This document shows positions 37,299-45,852 of a DNA stretch of 64,000 nt, in pieces. A program made the position numbers and the translations under genes. A model generated the notes under the pieces. The model was not told where the DNA came from. It ran no database searches and saw only the letters and a program-made list of their open reading frames with translations. This DNA is from a virus: the IMG/VR virus record IMGVR_UViG_3300025840_000011. One strand, 5' to 3'. The stretch's first letter is position 1. Each line of letters begins with the position of its first letter.

Positions 37299-37442
37299 AT
37301 GGAAACTCTTAACAAAGCCTTCAACTGGACTTGGGACTATGTAAAAGGTACTGTCGCTGACTTCAGAGAAGTTGTGACCAATTACCCGAATGTCCTAATT
37401 TGGACTGGTGTAATTGTTCTGTTAGTAACTTGGATTGTATAA
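37299..37442 (+). CDS. 47-aa membrane protein (not in ORF track)
   Basis: GAGG SD; C-terminal VLIWTGVIVLLVTWIV. Confidence 0.5.
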   Translation: METLNKAFNWTWDYVKGTVADFREVVTNYPNVLIWTGVIVLLVTWIV

Positions 37443-37445
37443 ATA
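37438..37445 (+). promoter_or_regulatory. T4-type late promoter
   Basis: TATAAATA upstream of 37475. Confidence 0.7.
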
Positions 37446-37474
37446 TAAGTAAACTAACATAGGTTCCCCCTGCC

Positions 37475-38347
37475 ATGCAGAAATTCAAAGCACATATGGA
37501 TGAGACAACTTTTCTTTTCGAGGAGGCGGAATCGCTCCTTGAAAAGTTGATCACTTTTGGTGGAGAAGCGTATCCTCGTTTTGGAAACATTGTCTTCATG
37601 GCGGGGGGAGCGGGTTCCGGTAAAGGATTCGTTCTCTCTAACCTCGTAGGTATCGAAGGGAAGACTCTGGATGTCGATGAACTTAAAACTCTCGCGTCCA
37701 GAGCCCCTAGCATTCGTGCAAGAGTTCAGAAAGAACTTGGTGTTGATCTTGCTGACCTTGCAGCGAACCTAAAGAATCCTGAGAACGTATCGAAACTTCA
37801 CGATATCATGGGTGACTATTTGGATCTGGACAACCGGAAACAGAAGGCACTCTTTCGTGGAGTTTTGTTACAACCCAAAGACAAGAAACCCAACATCATC
37901 TTTGATACCACACTCAAAGACCTACCCAAACTGGAAAGACTCACCCGTCAGGCCGCAAGTCTTGGATACGATAAGGAGAACATCCATATCGTCTGGGTTG
38001 TCAACGACATCGAAGTTGCAAAATCTCAAAACCAGGCACGTTCACGTCGAGTCCCATCTGAGATCCTAGTCAACACTCACCGTGGTGCCGCCAATACAAT
38101 GGGTGACATCATCAACATGGGTAAAAAGTTGAAGAGGTACATGGACGGAGATATCGTCTTTGCGTTCAACAAGGTTGGGGTGGATGCGAACCTCGCAAAG
38201 TCTGGAAGGGGTGGATCCTACGTCAAGGACGCAAATTACTTCTACGTCAAGAAGAAGGGTCAACCACCCACGTCAGTTGCGGATCTGGATAAAGAGATTC
38301 GTCGTAAGATTAAAGACTACGTACCCGCAGGCGTAGACTGGAATTAA
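37475..38347 (+). CDS. P-loop kinase (zeta-toxin/AAA_33-like), probable internal head protein
   Basis: MAGGAGSGKG, DVDE, IIFDTT, NQARSRRVP; MQKFKAHMDE...LLE leader. Confidence 0.7.
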   Translation: MQKFKAHMDETTFLFEEAESLLEKLITFGGEAYPRFGNIVFMAGGAGSGKGFVLSNLVGIEGKTLDVDELKTLASRAPSIRARVQKELGVDLADLAANLKNPENVSKLHDIMGDYLDLDNRKQKALFRGVLLQPKDKKPNIIFDTTLKDLPKLERLTRQAASLGYDKENIHIVWVVNDIEVAKSQNQARSRRVPSEILVNTHRGAANTMGDIINMGKKLKRYMDGDIVFAFNKVGVDANLAKSGRGGSYVKDANYFYVKKKGQPPTSVADLDKEIRRKIKDYVPAGVDWN

Positions 38348-39213
38348 TACGCTGTGATGGTTCTACGGAACCCATCATAATGCACGGGTCTTCCCATCAA
38401 CATTGTTCTATCCGTCTCTGCTCTTGCGGAGAAAGACTTCTGGATCTGAGGTTCTAGGTCCAGTTGATTGTGGCGGTCAGAATATCTCAATGGATCGTGT
38501 CCCTGATATGAGATGTCCATGATCTCAAAGTTGGGTTGACAGTAAGGCGCCCACTCTTCTTTGATATCATTACTGGTAAAACTAGTATCTGCATATTTCT
38601 TAGGCACACCCGCAAACACCACCGCATCATACAACAGTTCACCTTCACCCAAAGGTTCTTGTAGAACCGTAGACTCACTACCATACTTGTACTGTTTGTT
38701 TGCGGGAGTTGTCTGTACACCTGTTGCATCATACATGTACTTAACCACACCCCTGTTACGTTCAGCGGGTGGTAACAAGACAGTCATGTCGAACCCGTAG
38801 TCGTAGAATTTTTGGAAGACCGGAATCATCTGGTAACTCAATTCCATTGGGGCAGCGTGACTTTGATTGCGAACTTCGATAGGAATCTGATCGTGTTTCG
38901 CAACCTCTTCCATAGATGCAACCCACTCGTTGGTTTCGTTTTCGTTGTAGTAACCCACGAACAGAACGTTCCTGTATCCACGTCCGGCGATGATGTTGCA
39001 CACCAATGGAATTCTAGTCATGATAGACGGTGTGGGATCTACGTTATTCTTTCGAACAACCAGATTGCGGTTTACCCCATTTCTATACGTGGCGAACGCT
39101 TCGTCCATGAGTAAACGTAGTTCGTTTCTCGTTTGTCTGTGGACCGTCTTACCCTGATAGAGTTCATTCTCACGGGTAGTCACGATGACTTCATTGATGT
39201 CTTGATAGTTCAT
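38344..39213 (-). CDS. Hypothetical protein (possible degenerate Rossmann fold)
   Basis: 289-aa ORF; NVLFVG and YDAVVFAG strands. Confidence 0.55.
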   Translation of the reverse strand: MNYQDINEVIVTTRENELYQGKTVHRQTRNELRLLMDEAFATYRNGVNRNLVVRKNNVDPTPSIMTRIPLVCNIIAGRGYRNVLFVGYYNENETNEWVASMEEVAKHDQIPIEVRNQSHAAPMELSYQMIPVFQKFYDYGFDMTVLLPPAERNRGVVKYMYDATGVQTTPANKQYKYGSESTVLQEPLGEGELLYDAVVFAGVPKKYADTSFTSNDIKEEWAPYCQPNFEIMDISYQGHDPLRYSDRHNQLDLEPQIQKSFSARAETDRTMLMGRPVHYDGFRRTITAY

Positions 39214-39217
39214 TTAG

Positions 39218-39481
39218 TTAACCCTTGTAGATACCTTGGATGTAGTCTTCGAACTGTTCTATCTTATCTAGTCTGTTCGGCCACAATATATATTCCTTCT
39301 CAGGGTTCTGTTTCAGATTGTTCAGTAGCGGTTGAATTGCATTGAACAACTTGTCTAGTTTCTCCTGAGTGGAGATGACCGCAGTTGTATTCAACTGATT
39401 GGTCTGTTGTGCCTGTTGCACAACTTCGAGTTCATCCTCATTTGCGAATGTGAACCCAAAATCGAATAACTCTTCACTCAT
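39218..39481 (-). CDS. Conserved T4-like hypothetical protein
   Basis: MSEELFDFGFT...PLLNNLKQNPEKEYILWPNR; start reassigned to 39481. Confidence 0.65.
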   Translation of the reverse strand: MSEELFDFGFTFANEDELEVVQQAQQTNQLNTTAVISTQEKLDKLFNAIQPLLNNLKQNPEKEYILWPNRLDKIEQFEDYIQGIYKG

Positions 39482-39513
39482 ATTTATACCTTTTCCTAAT
39501 GGCGCTTTTCTTA

Positions 39514-39521
39514 TATTTATA
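39514..39521 (-). promoter_or_regulatory. T4-type late promoter
   Basis: TATAAATA on minus strand upstream of 39481. Confidence 0.65.
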
Positions 39522-39533
39522 TGAAAAAAAGAC

Positions 39534-39562
39534 TTGACAATTCCTGCGGGGTGTTGTATTAT
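39534..39562 (+). promoter_or_regulatory. Early promoter P4
   Basis: TTGACA ATTCCTGC-17-TATTAT; ATTGAGAG leader. Confidence 0.75.
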
Positions 39563-39595
39563 AAACAAGTAATTGAGAGAAAAGTGAGGTTTGAA

Positions 39596-39775
39596 ATGAT
39601 TCTGATTCCTAACATTAATGAGTTCGAAGGTATGATTCCGGTTGGATATAACTTGGTTGTCTACGAGGCAAAAGAAGATCCTATGGATGGATTTGTCCTG
39701 TACGGTTTTGATGAGATTGGTCTCTATGACAACAATTTCAAGGTTCCTGCTTACGCTATGGTGGAGTTTCAATAA
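39596..39775 (+). CDS. Early hypothetical protein
   Basis: GAGG SD, ATG 39596. Confidence 0.5.
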   Translation: MILIPNINEFEGMIPVGYNLVVYEAKEDPMDGFVLYGFDEIGLYDNNFKVPAYAMVEFQ

Positions 39776-40071
39776 TGATTAAAATGTTTAAGGAAAATTT
39801 TGATAGAGGTGCGGAGAAGGGTAACTTCGCCATCAAATTCGAAAACGGATTCACCGTATCCCTTGCGATGGGTGATGGTATGTACTCTACGGGTACTTTC
39901 TCCGGAGGGTTCGCTTCGGTGGAAGTGGCCGCATGGGACGCAAATGGTGATTGGGTTCCATTGGTTGAAGGTGAGAATGTCGAGGGTTGGGTCAGTCCCA
40001 ATGGTGTCCTTGAGATCATGAATCGGGTTGCAGCGATGCAACCCATTGATTCGCAAGGAAAAGAAAATTAA
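39775..40071 (+). CDS. Early hypothetical protein
   Basis: FENGFTVS...VEVAAWD...VEGWVSP. Confidence 0.6.
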   Translation: MIKMFKENFDRGAEKGNFAIKFENGFTVSLAMGDGMYSTGTFSGGFASVEVAAWDANGDWVPLVEGENVEGWVSPNGVLEIMNRVAAMQPIDSQGKEN

Positions 40072-40090
40072 CTTTTTTTCAAAAAAAGTG

Positions 40091-40119
40091 TTGACATTTC
40101 TTGCAGAGGACTGTATAGT
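40091..40119 (+). promoter_or_regulatory. Early promoter P5
   Basis: TTGACA TTTCTTGC-17-TATAGT; GATTGAGAAAGAGAG leader. Confidence 0.8.
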
Positions 40120-40152
40120 ATACAGGTAAGATTGAGAAAGAGAGAGATTCCT

Positions 40153-40395
40153 ATGTTCCGTATTCCCCATTTCCACCAGATCGAAGAGATGTCGTTTGAC
40201 GAAGCTGTTCAGATCATGAAGTCCCGTGCCAAGGGTGACCTCCTTGCGGGTCTCCAGTCGATGGACGTTCTCTGGAGCGACTACGTTGCCCTGCCCGGCG
40301 ATGAGCAGGACGATGATGAGTTCTTCTCCAACTGGTGTTACGAAGTCAACGCCTACAACGTGGTCGTTGAAAACATGCGCCCCCTGTTCGCTTAA
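40153..40395 (+). CDS. Early hypothetical protein
   Basis: MFRIPHF...YEVNAYN. Confidence 0.6.
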   Translation: MFRIPHFHQIEEMSFDEAVQIMKSRAKGDLLAGLQSMDVLWSDYVALPGDEQDDDEFFSNWCYEVNAYNVVVENMRPLFA

Positions 40396-40407
40396 GGAGA
40401 TTTGATT

Positions 40408-40710
40408 ATGCAAGTTGCAGTTATTCACACCGCATTCGAGGATACGCCTCGGACAGTTGCACTGGTTGAGGTTGGTGACCTAGAGGGTACAGAAGCCCTT
40501 GAGTATGCATATCGTTGGACTAACAACGTTATGGGTTCTTGGAGTCGGACTGACATCGAAGACAATGGTGATTTCAATCCCAACGTTACTGTTATGGCTC
40601 CTCTACACGAAGGTGGTATGGGTCTTCGGTCTACATCTATGGGTGACCAGATGCTTCTTGGTAACAAGAAGTTCAAGGTCGCTGCGATTGGTTTTGAGGA
40701 GATTGCGTAA
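40408..40710 (+). CDS. Early hypothetical protein
   Basis: AAGGAG SD; GLRSTSMGD motif. Confidence 0.6.
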   Translation: MQVAVIHTAFEDTPRTVALVEVGDLEGTEALEYAYRWTNNVMGSWSRTDIEDNGDFNPNVTVMAPLHEGGMGLRSTSMGDQMLLGNKKFKVAAIGFEEIA

Positions 40711-40904
40711 TGCGAGTTATTGATACTAGTGGTCCTGATGGGAATGCGTTCGTTTTGATGGGTTATGCAAAAAGGTTTGGTAGACAACTTGGTTGGAGTC
40801 GGGAAAAGATCGACACCCTCATCAAAGAGATGATGTCCGGTGATTACGATAACCTGACTGCAACATTCGAAGAGGCCTTCGAGGGTATCGTCGAACTAGT
40901 ATGA
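40710..40904 (+). CDS. Early hypothetical protein
   Basis: GPDGNAFVLMG...MMSGDYDNL motif. Confidence 0.6.
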   Translation: MRVIDTSGPDGNAFVLMGYAKRFGRQLGWSREKIDTLIKEMMSGDYDNLTATFEEAFEGIVELV

Positions 40905-41323
40905 CCATGCATTTGATGGGTCATGCGTACTCAACCCTAAATACACGTAAGAAGAAACGCAAGATCACCAAGGCGAAACTCGCACGGTGGGAGACGGAAC
41001 TTCGAGAGTACAACAAGTTGATGAAACGTTGTGGTAGTCCTAAGTTGACTCTGGAACAGTACATCGACAAGGTGCACGGTAAGGTTGAGACCAAGCGAGA
41101 GTTTGTCCCTATGGAACGCAAGGAGAGTCTCTTCCAGAGACAATCGCGGGAACATAGGGAGAAGTACCCTAGTCACGATACCATGTCTGGTTCGACGCCT
41201 AAGAAAGAACCACAACGGTATACAGGGACTCTGGTGAAGGGTATCGCAACCATGCACAAGTCCAATGCGGTTCCGGTCATAGACTCGAAACAGGCCACAG
41301 AAATCTCCAAGATGGGGAAATGA
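40901..41323 (+). CDS. Conserved T4-like hypothetical protein
   Basis: YTGTLVKGIATMHKSNAVPV motif. Confidence 0.65.
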   Translation: MTMHLMGHAYSTLNTRKKKRKITKAKLARWETELREYNKLMKRCGSPKLTLEQYIDKVHGKVETKREFVPMERKESLFQRQSREHREKYPSHDTMSGSTPKKEPQRYTGTLVKGIATMHKSNAVPVIDSKQATEISKMGK

Positions 41324-41348
41324 TGGGGTTGTCACCTAATAGACACGC

Positions 41349-41379
41349 GAGGGACCACGGTAAGTCCCTCAACTTTTTT
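41349..41379 (+). terminator. Rho-independent terminator (part of a two-hairpin element)
   Basis: GAGGGAC-cacggtaa-GTCCCTC then AAC TTTTTT. Confidence 0.6.
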
Positions 41380-41421
41380 CTAAGTCCTTGATTTCCCTAA
41401 ACTTATTTTTGAAAAAAGTTC

Positions 41422-41450
41422 TTGACATTTCTTGCCCGATACCCTATAAT
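41422..41450 (+). promoter_or_regulatory. Early promoter P6
   Basis: TTGACA TTTCTTGCC-17-TATAAT; GATTGAGAAAGAGAGG leader. Confidence 0.85.
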
Positions 41451-41481
41451 GTATATGTAAGATTGAGAAAGAGAGGTCGTT

Positions 41482-41667
41482 ATGCAATACATCGTGAAAA
41501 CTCTAGACGGTAAACCCATGGCGGGTTTATTCACTCCCATTTATTCTCTTCAGAAGGCTCGGGATTACGCCCGTTCCATCTGTTTCACCGCCCAGTTGCC
41601 AGATATCAAATCTGTCAACATCTTTTCTTTCGATGGTGAGGAACAAGTCCTCGTGGAGGTAGTGTAA
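41482..41667 (+). CDS. Early hypothetical protein
   Basis: First ORF after P6. Confidence 0.55.
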   Translation: MQYIVKTLDGKPMAGLFTPIYSLQKARDYARSICFTAQLPDIKSVNIFSFDGEEQVLVEVV

Positions 41668-41921
41668 TGAACGCTGAAGATATCGTTGGGTCTGGTGGTC
41701 AGACCTATGGTTATTTGGAAGAGTGTCTTAAGTTGATCGAGTGTCCGGACCATTGGAAGGGCCCTCTGTCTGGTGTTATTCACATATCCATGTTTGATGA
41801 TTGTAGAGAGGCGGCCGCATACTTCTGTGGGTCTCCCCTAGAGATCGTCAAAATAGTGTCCGGTGAAAAACAGACCATTGAGGTCTTCGGACGTGGTTAT
41901 TGGCAGTGCGTAGGAGCCTGA
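41667..41921 (+). CDS. Early hypothetical protein
   Basis: HWKGP...REAAAYFCG...GYWQCVG. Confidence 0.55.
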   Translation: MNAEDIVGSGGQTYGYLEECLKLIECPDHWKGPLSGVIHISMFDDCREAAAYFCGSPLEIVKIVSGEKQTIEVFGRGYWQCVGA

Positions 41922-41925
41922 AAAT

Positions 41926-42036
41926 ATGTCAAAGGTTAAATACAACAAAGAGTCGGTTGAGAAGGCCCTCAAACAGGCGAAGGTCAAACCCAAGAATCGC
42001 AAAATTTATCACGCTTTATTGAAGGGTAGGGGTTGA
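41926..42036 (+). CDS. 36-aa basic protein (not in ORF track)
   Basis: MSKVKYNKESVEKAL...YHALLKGRG; AGGAG SD. Confidence 0.5.
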   Translation: MSKVKYNKESVEKALKQAKVKPKNRKIYHALLKGRG

Positions 42037-42061
42037 CAATTCCTGTTAGGGCTGATACACT
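42033..42061 (+). promoter_or_regulatory. Early promoter P7
   Basis: TTGACA ATTCCTG-17-TACACT; GATTGATGAGAGAGG leader. Confidence 0.7.
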
Positions 42062-42091
42062 GTACTTGTAGATTGATGAGAGAGGGTAGTT

Positions 42092-42532
42092 ATGGATTGT
42101 TTCATTGAAGGTCGCATCGCTAATCAACCCGTTGTCGAGGAGTTCATCCTCAACTTGGTCAAGGAATTGGGGATGAATCGTCTCCGCAATCCTTGGATCG
42201 ACGTTCAGTTTACTAACAAAGATATCGGTGCGTATGGTCTCTGCAATGGAGATAACGACTACGCAGAAATTCAAATCGCTAAGAAATGTCCGGAGACTGG
42301 TCGTAAGTTTGGGTTCATCGAAATGATGCAGACCCTTGCACACGAGATGGTTCACGCTCGACAGTTCATTCGCGGTCAACTCGACGCAGAGGGTGCGAAG
42401 GGTTGGAAGTGGAAAGGTCGTAACGCTGAGGGTTTTCAGTACGAGAACCAACCTTGGGAGAAGGAAGCGTATCGACTGGAAGGTCAGTTGTTCTTAAAAT
42501 GTTTTCCGTTCGAGGCGAAGTTTACAAACTAG
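42092..42532 (+). CDS. HExxH zinc metallopeptidase-like protein
   Basis: TLAHEMVHARQ...PWEKEAY. Confidence 0.75.
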   Translation: MDCFIEGRIANQPVVEEFILNLVKELGMNRLRNPWIDVQFTNKDIGAYGLCNGDNDYAEIQIAKKCPETGRKFGFIEMMQTLAHEMVHARQFIRGQLDAEGAKGWKWKGRNAEGFQYENQPWEKEAYRLEGQLFLKCFPFEAKFTN

Positions 42533-42541
42533 GGGGTCTAG

Positions 42542-42706
42542 ATGTCATACGAAACTTGGTTAAGAGAGATGTATTTTCTCCACAATGAAGAAAGAAGAAC
42601 GTGGGGAGAAAAACCAATACCGTATGAAGAATACGTGACCAAAAATTCTGAGTGGTTGGAGAGGATGTATGAAGAACAAGAAAAAAGTGTTTCGAATCAA
42701 AACTAA
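42542..42706 (+). CDS. 54-aa hypothetical protein (not in ORF track)
   Basis: MSYETWLREMY... Confidence 0.45.
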   Translation: MSYETWLREMYFLHNEERRTWGEKPIPYEEYVTKNSEWLERMYEEQEKSVSNQN

Positions 42707-42812
42707 TCCAGTCGCACGAACTATCAATAAGTTCAACAAGCCTGCTACGCATGTTGATCGTAAGAAACGTGACCGTAATGGTTACCGCAAACACAAGGGG
42801 GTTGAAGAGTGA
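42669..42812 (+). CDS. 47-aa basic protein (not in ORF track)
   Basis: NPVAR..NKFNKPATHVDRKK...GYRKHK. Confidence 0.5.
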   Translation: MKNKKKVFRIKTNPVARTINKFNKPATHVDRKKRDRNGYRKHKGVEE

Positions 42813-43336
42813 ATATATTTGGTATTGAGTATGACGATAAACGGGGTTTCAAGTTTCCTTGTGCAATAGACTCCGCACGTTCTCAATGCGATAAACATAT
42901 CGTGAAGATGCCCCTTGAGTCTTGCCAGATGTTGTGTACTGTACATCGTGTACTTGATGGTGGTAACGATCACTTGTACAAGATCGCGCATCCCAAACAT
43001 CCATCGACTCTCTGGACTATGGAGTCACGTGCTAACTACTATTGGCACTACCGTCACTGGCAAGAACTCTGCAAGGAGTACACGTTCCGGTATGGTAAGG
43101 TACACAAGTCTTGGGAGAAGTATGGTGAATACCTTATGTGGGCACCGCAAAACATTCCTGACTCACGGGCTTTGACCCCATTCAAACTTGCATTCAAAAC
43201 ACATCCTGAGTGTGTGGTCGAAGGTGATCCGGTTCAGTCCTACCGGAACTTCTACAAAACGAAACAAGAACGTTTTGAGATGAAGTGGACTAAACGTAAA
43301 ATTCCAAATTGGTTCTTGACAGAGGAAGTGGATTAA
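42809..43336 (+). CDS. Pyrimidine-dimer DNA glycosylase/endonuclease V-like
   Basis: MNIF...DKHIVKMPLESCQML...HPSTLW...EYTFRYGKVH. Confidence 0.7.
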   Translation: MNIFGIEYDDKRGFKFPCAIDSARSQCDKHIVKMPLESCQMLCTVHRVLDGGNDHLYKIAHPKHPSTLWTMESRANYYWHYRHWQELCKEYTFRYGKVHKSWEKYGEYLMWAPQNIPDSRALTPFKLAFKTHPECVVEGDPVQSYRNFYKTKQERFEMKWTKRKIPNWFLTEEVD

Positions 43337-43342
43337 TGTATA

Positions 43343-43609
43343 ATGGATTCCAGTAAACAACTTAATTCAGCAGAAAGGTATGCACTGTTTATGAAAGTTG
43401 CGAATCGTATGAACGCACAAAACCGAAAACGGCAGTCTGACCGTAGACGCCAACAAAGACTGATGAATGAGTATGATGACAATACTGTCAGCAGTCTTGA
43501 CAACCGTGACGATCTGTATTGGGGAGATGAACAGAATTACATCTCAACTCACTACAGTGACTCTATATCCGTTAACCGTAACAGAGGAAACTTTGATGAT
43601 GAGTATTGA
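43343..43609 (+). CDS. Hypothetical protein
   Basis: ORF in operon. Confidence 0.45.
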   Translation: MDSSKQLNSAERYALFMKVANRMNAQNRKRQSDRRRQQRLMNEYDDNTVSSLDNRDDLYWGDEQNYISTHYSDSISVNRNRGNFDDEY

Positions 43610-43865
43610 TATGTCCCGTGATGACATGTTATCCGCCCTACGAGAAGGTGTAGTGTCCCTATCCTTCGAGAAGGTTAAGGATGGCCTGATCCGTGAAATG
43701 AAAGCGACACTGGTGTCCGATAGGATCCCAGCCGACAAGATGCCCAAGGGTGGTTCTGTCGATCAGTCTGTCGGTGGTGACGCAACCCTTCGAGTGTTTG
43801 ATACAGACATTCAAGAGTGGCGGTCCTTCCGTGTAGACAAAGTACTAACGTTCGAGACTGCGTAA
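43596..43865 (+). CDS. WYL_2/SH3-like protein
   Basis: FEKVKDGLIREMKATL...VFD...WRSFR. Confidence 0.7.
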   Translation: MMSIDMSRDDMLSALREGVVSLSFEKVKDGLIREMKATLVSDRIPADKMPKGGSVDQSVGGDATLRVFDTDIQEWRSFRVDKVLTFETA

Positions 43866-44443
43866 TGGCAAATCATGTAGAATTTAGTCTCTCTTTTCAA
43901 CGCCTCACTGATGAGGCGTTGGACTTTTTGGTCGAACTGTTTGATGGGGTTGAAGACCTTCATGAAATTGAGTGTATCGATGACGTTGGTGCAAAGTGGG
44001 CGACAGTAGAGGATGCGGCGGAAGACAGGGATGGAAAAGAGTTTTTCATTCTTGGTACTGCGGCATGGAGTGCACCTTGGGGTATCCAAGACATACACAC
44101 CAAACTACTGGAGTTCGCACCTGACTGTATCGGTGTGTTCTTCTACTCAGATGAGATGCCACTGTTTGCTGGTGCGTACACACTAGAACCCTATCGTGAT
44201 GAAGATACGGATGAGTTGTTTTCTTCGGAAGACGGTGCACACTGGGAAGACGCTGACATCTATGACAAGTTGAAGGAGACGAACCCTGAGTTCTTTAAAG
44301 AACATGATGTGGACCCCGACTTGGATCTCTATGAGGCGCAAGACGAACACGAAGAACTCGAAGAGTTGTGGAACGATACCTGTTGGGATGTCATATCTGA
44401 TCTGCAACGGGTAATGATTGAGGACAACATGAGTTATCTCTGA
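43865..44443 (+). CDS. Acidic hypothetical protein
   Basis: MANHV...AAWSAP...YSDEMP. Confidence 0.55.
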   Translation: MANHVEFSLSFQRLTDEALDFLVELFDGVEDLHEIECIDDVGAKWATVEDAAEDRDGKEFFILGTAAWSAPWGIQDIHTKLLEFAPDCIGVFFYSDEMPLFAGAYTLEPYRDEDTDELFSSEDGAHWEDADIYDKLKETNPEFFKEHDVDPDLDLYEAQDEHEELEELWNDTCWDVISDLQRVMIEDNMSYL

Positions 44444-44459
44444 TATAGATAGAGGTGTT

Positions 44460-45119
44460 ATGACTAAGGGCGAAAAGGCGGCTAAAACCCGTAAGAAAAA
44501 AGAAGAGGCCATGTTACGTGCAATGGGGGTTGATCCTGAGCGTAAAAAGACGAAAGTCAAACGTAAACGGAAACCCATGACACCAGAACAGAAAGCGGCG
44601 GCGGCAGAACGTCTCGCAAAGGCTCGTGAAGCAAGAGGTCATGATGGATCTGCATCTATCCACGAATCTATTCGTGATTTACCCGAAGATCATTTTATAC
44701 ATTGGAAGAAGGTCAAGGCGTGGATCAAGGATAGTGAACAGATGCTAAAGAGTATCAGTCATATGAAGAACTCCAACAATTGGAAGGAACGTTCTGAGTA
44801 TAATGATCTCAAAACTTATATTCAAAACATGAAGTCTTATCTCAGTAATGGTGTGTGGTTAGATTTTCGTTATGGTGACAACAGACAACACAAGGTATTG
44901 CGATACTGTGTTGCCATGTCGTATCATCCTAACGGGGAACCAAACCGACAGTTCGGAGTATACTATCCCGACATCAACGCTGTGTGGACTATCGAACTAC
45001 AGGATGCATGGTATGGAGAAGGCGTTGACCCAAGAGGACTCAAAGTTCCTGACAAAAAAGAACTTTTCGATGATGGTCGAGGAGACGGTGAAGAAGACGA
45101 GTCTGGGGTACTTGGATAG
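44460..45119 (+). CDS. Conserved T4-like hypothetical protein
   Basis: KPMTPEQKAAAAERLAKAR; YLSNGVWLDFRYG. Confidence 0.65.
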   Translation: MTKGEKAAKTRKKKEEAMLRAMGVDPERKKTKVKRKRKPMTPEQKAAAAERLAKAREARGHDGSASIHESIRDLPEDHFIHWKKVKAWIKDSEQMLKSISHMKNSNNWKERSEYNDLKTYIQNMKSYLSNGVWLDFRYGDNRQHKVLRYCVAMSYHPNGEPNRQFGVYYPDINAVWTIELQDAWYGEGVDPRGLKVPDKKELFDDGRGDGEEDESGVLG

Positions 45120-45258
45120 TATTATCCACTTGTGCGAAGAGAACAAGATTGAAGTCGAGGACGTGAAGAAGTATCTCAACGACAACATCAAACAGAAACT
45201 CGAAGTCGAGGCGATGAGTCTCAACTTCATTCCCAAGGTAAACACACTAGATGTTTAA
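45013..45258 (+). CDS. gp33: Late transcription co-activator gp33
   Basis: YLDSIIHLCEENKIEVE...KQKLEVEAMSLNF; upstream of gp32. Confidence 0.8.
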   Translation: MEKALTQEDSKFLTKKNFSMMVEETVKKTSLGYLDSIIHLCEENKIEVEDVKKYLNDNIKQKLEVEAMSLNFIPKVNTLDV

Positions 45259-45814
45259 GACCGTTCGTGTCTTATCAGAAGAACAACTCGAAGAACTCCG
45301 GAGATTTGACGCTCCGTGGGTGAACTCGCATGTGGATGACGGTTCTTCTGAAAAGAGTTACCTAGATAAGTTTAACTCGAAGAGACACGAACAGTACACC
45401 AACGTAAGGCGTGGTCACACCGCCCGCAAGAGTGTGAACAAAGTCATCCTGCACGAATGGTTCGAGGATGTCAACCAGTCCATAGAAGAAGAGACTGGTA
45501 TCCCGATCACTGATTGTAACTACCTACGTTACGATGAAGGAGATTTTTTAGTACCTCACAGAGACACGTTCGATGGTTCCGAAGACTATCAGTATGTCGA
45601 GGGTGAAGGTAAAAGCAGAACACTGACCACGATTACAATGGTCAACAAGTCAGAAGACCTAGAAGGTGGCATTCTGATTATCAGACATCTGGATGATGGT
45701 CAAACGTACCATGATCTAGAGATAGGGGAGACTGTAATCTTCCCGTCAAATCTAGTCCACGAGTGTACTCTAATCACCAAAGGGTGGAGAGAGGTATATG
45801 TTGGTTGGGCTTGA
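45251..45814 (+). CDS. 2OG-Fe(II) oxygenase
   Basis: HRD...EGG...IFPSNLVHE...R. Confidence 0.8.
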   Translation: MFKTVRVLSEEQLEELRRFDAPWVNSHVDDGSSEKSYLDKFNSKRHEQYTNVRRGHTARKSVNKVILHEWFEDVNQSIEEETGIPITDCNYLRYDEGDFLVPHRDTFDGSEDYQYVEGEGKSRTLTTITMVNKSEDLEGGILIIRHLDDGQTYHDLEIGETVIFPSNLVHECTLITKGWREVYVGWA

Positions 45815-45822
45815 TTTAACTC

Positions 45823-45852
45823 TTGACAGGAGTATAAATACTGGTATATAAT
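45823..45852 (+). promoter_or_regulatory. Nested sigma70 and late promoters for gp32
   Basis: TTGACA-18-TATAAT with TATAAATA (45833-45840) inside the spacer. Confidence 0.7.

Noticed and set aside
37475-38347. Epsilon/zeta toxin-antitoxin pair
   Set aside because: Upstream ORF is a small membrane protein and the gene has its own late promoter and capsid-type leader
39482-39772. N-terminal extension of the 39218..39772 minus ORF
   Set aside because: Overlaps promoter P4 and a plus-strand gene; late promoter and conserved MSEELFDFGF start point to 39481
44872-45119. Long overlap of gp33 ORF with upstream gene as dual-coding novelty
   Set aside because: gp33 probably starts at 45013 or later; remaining overlap is a low-complexity tail
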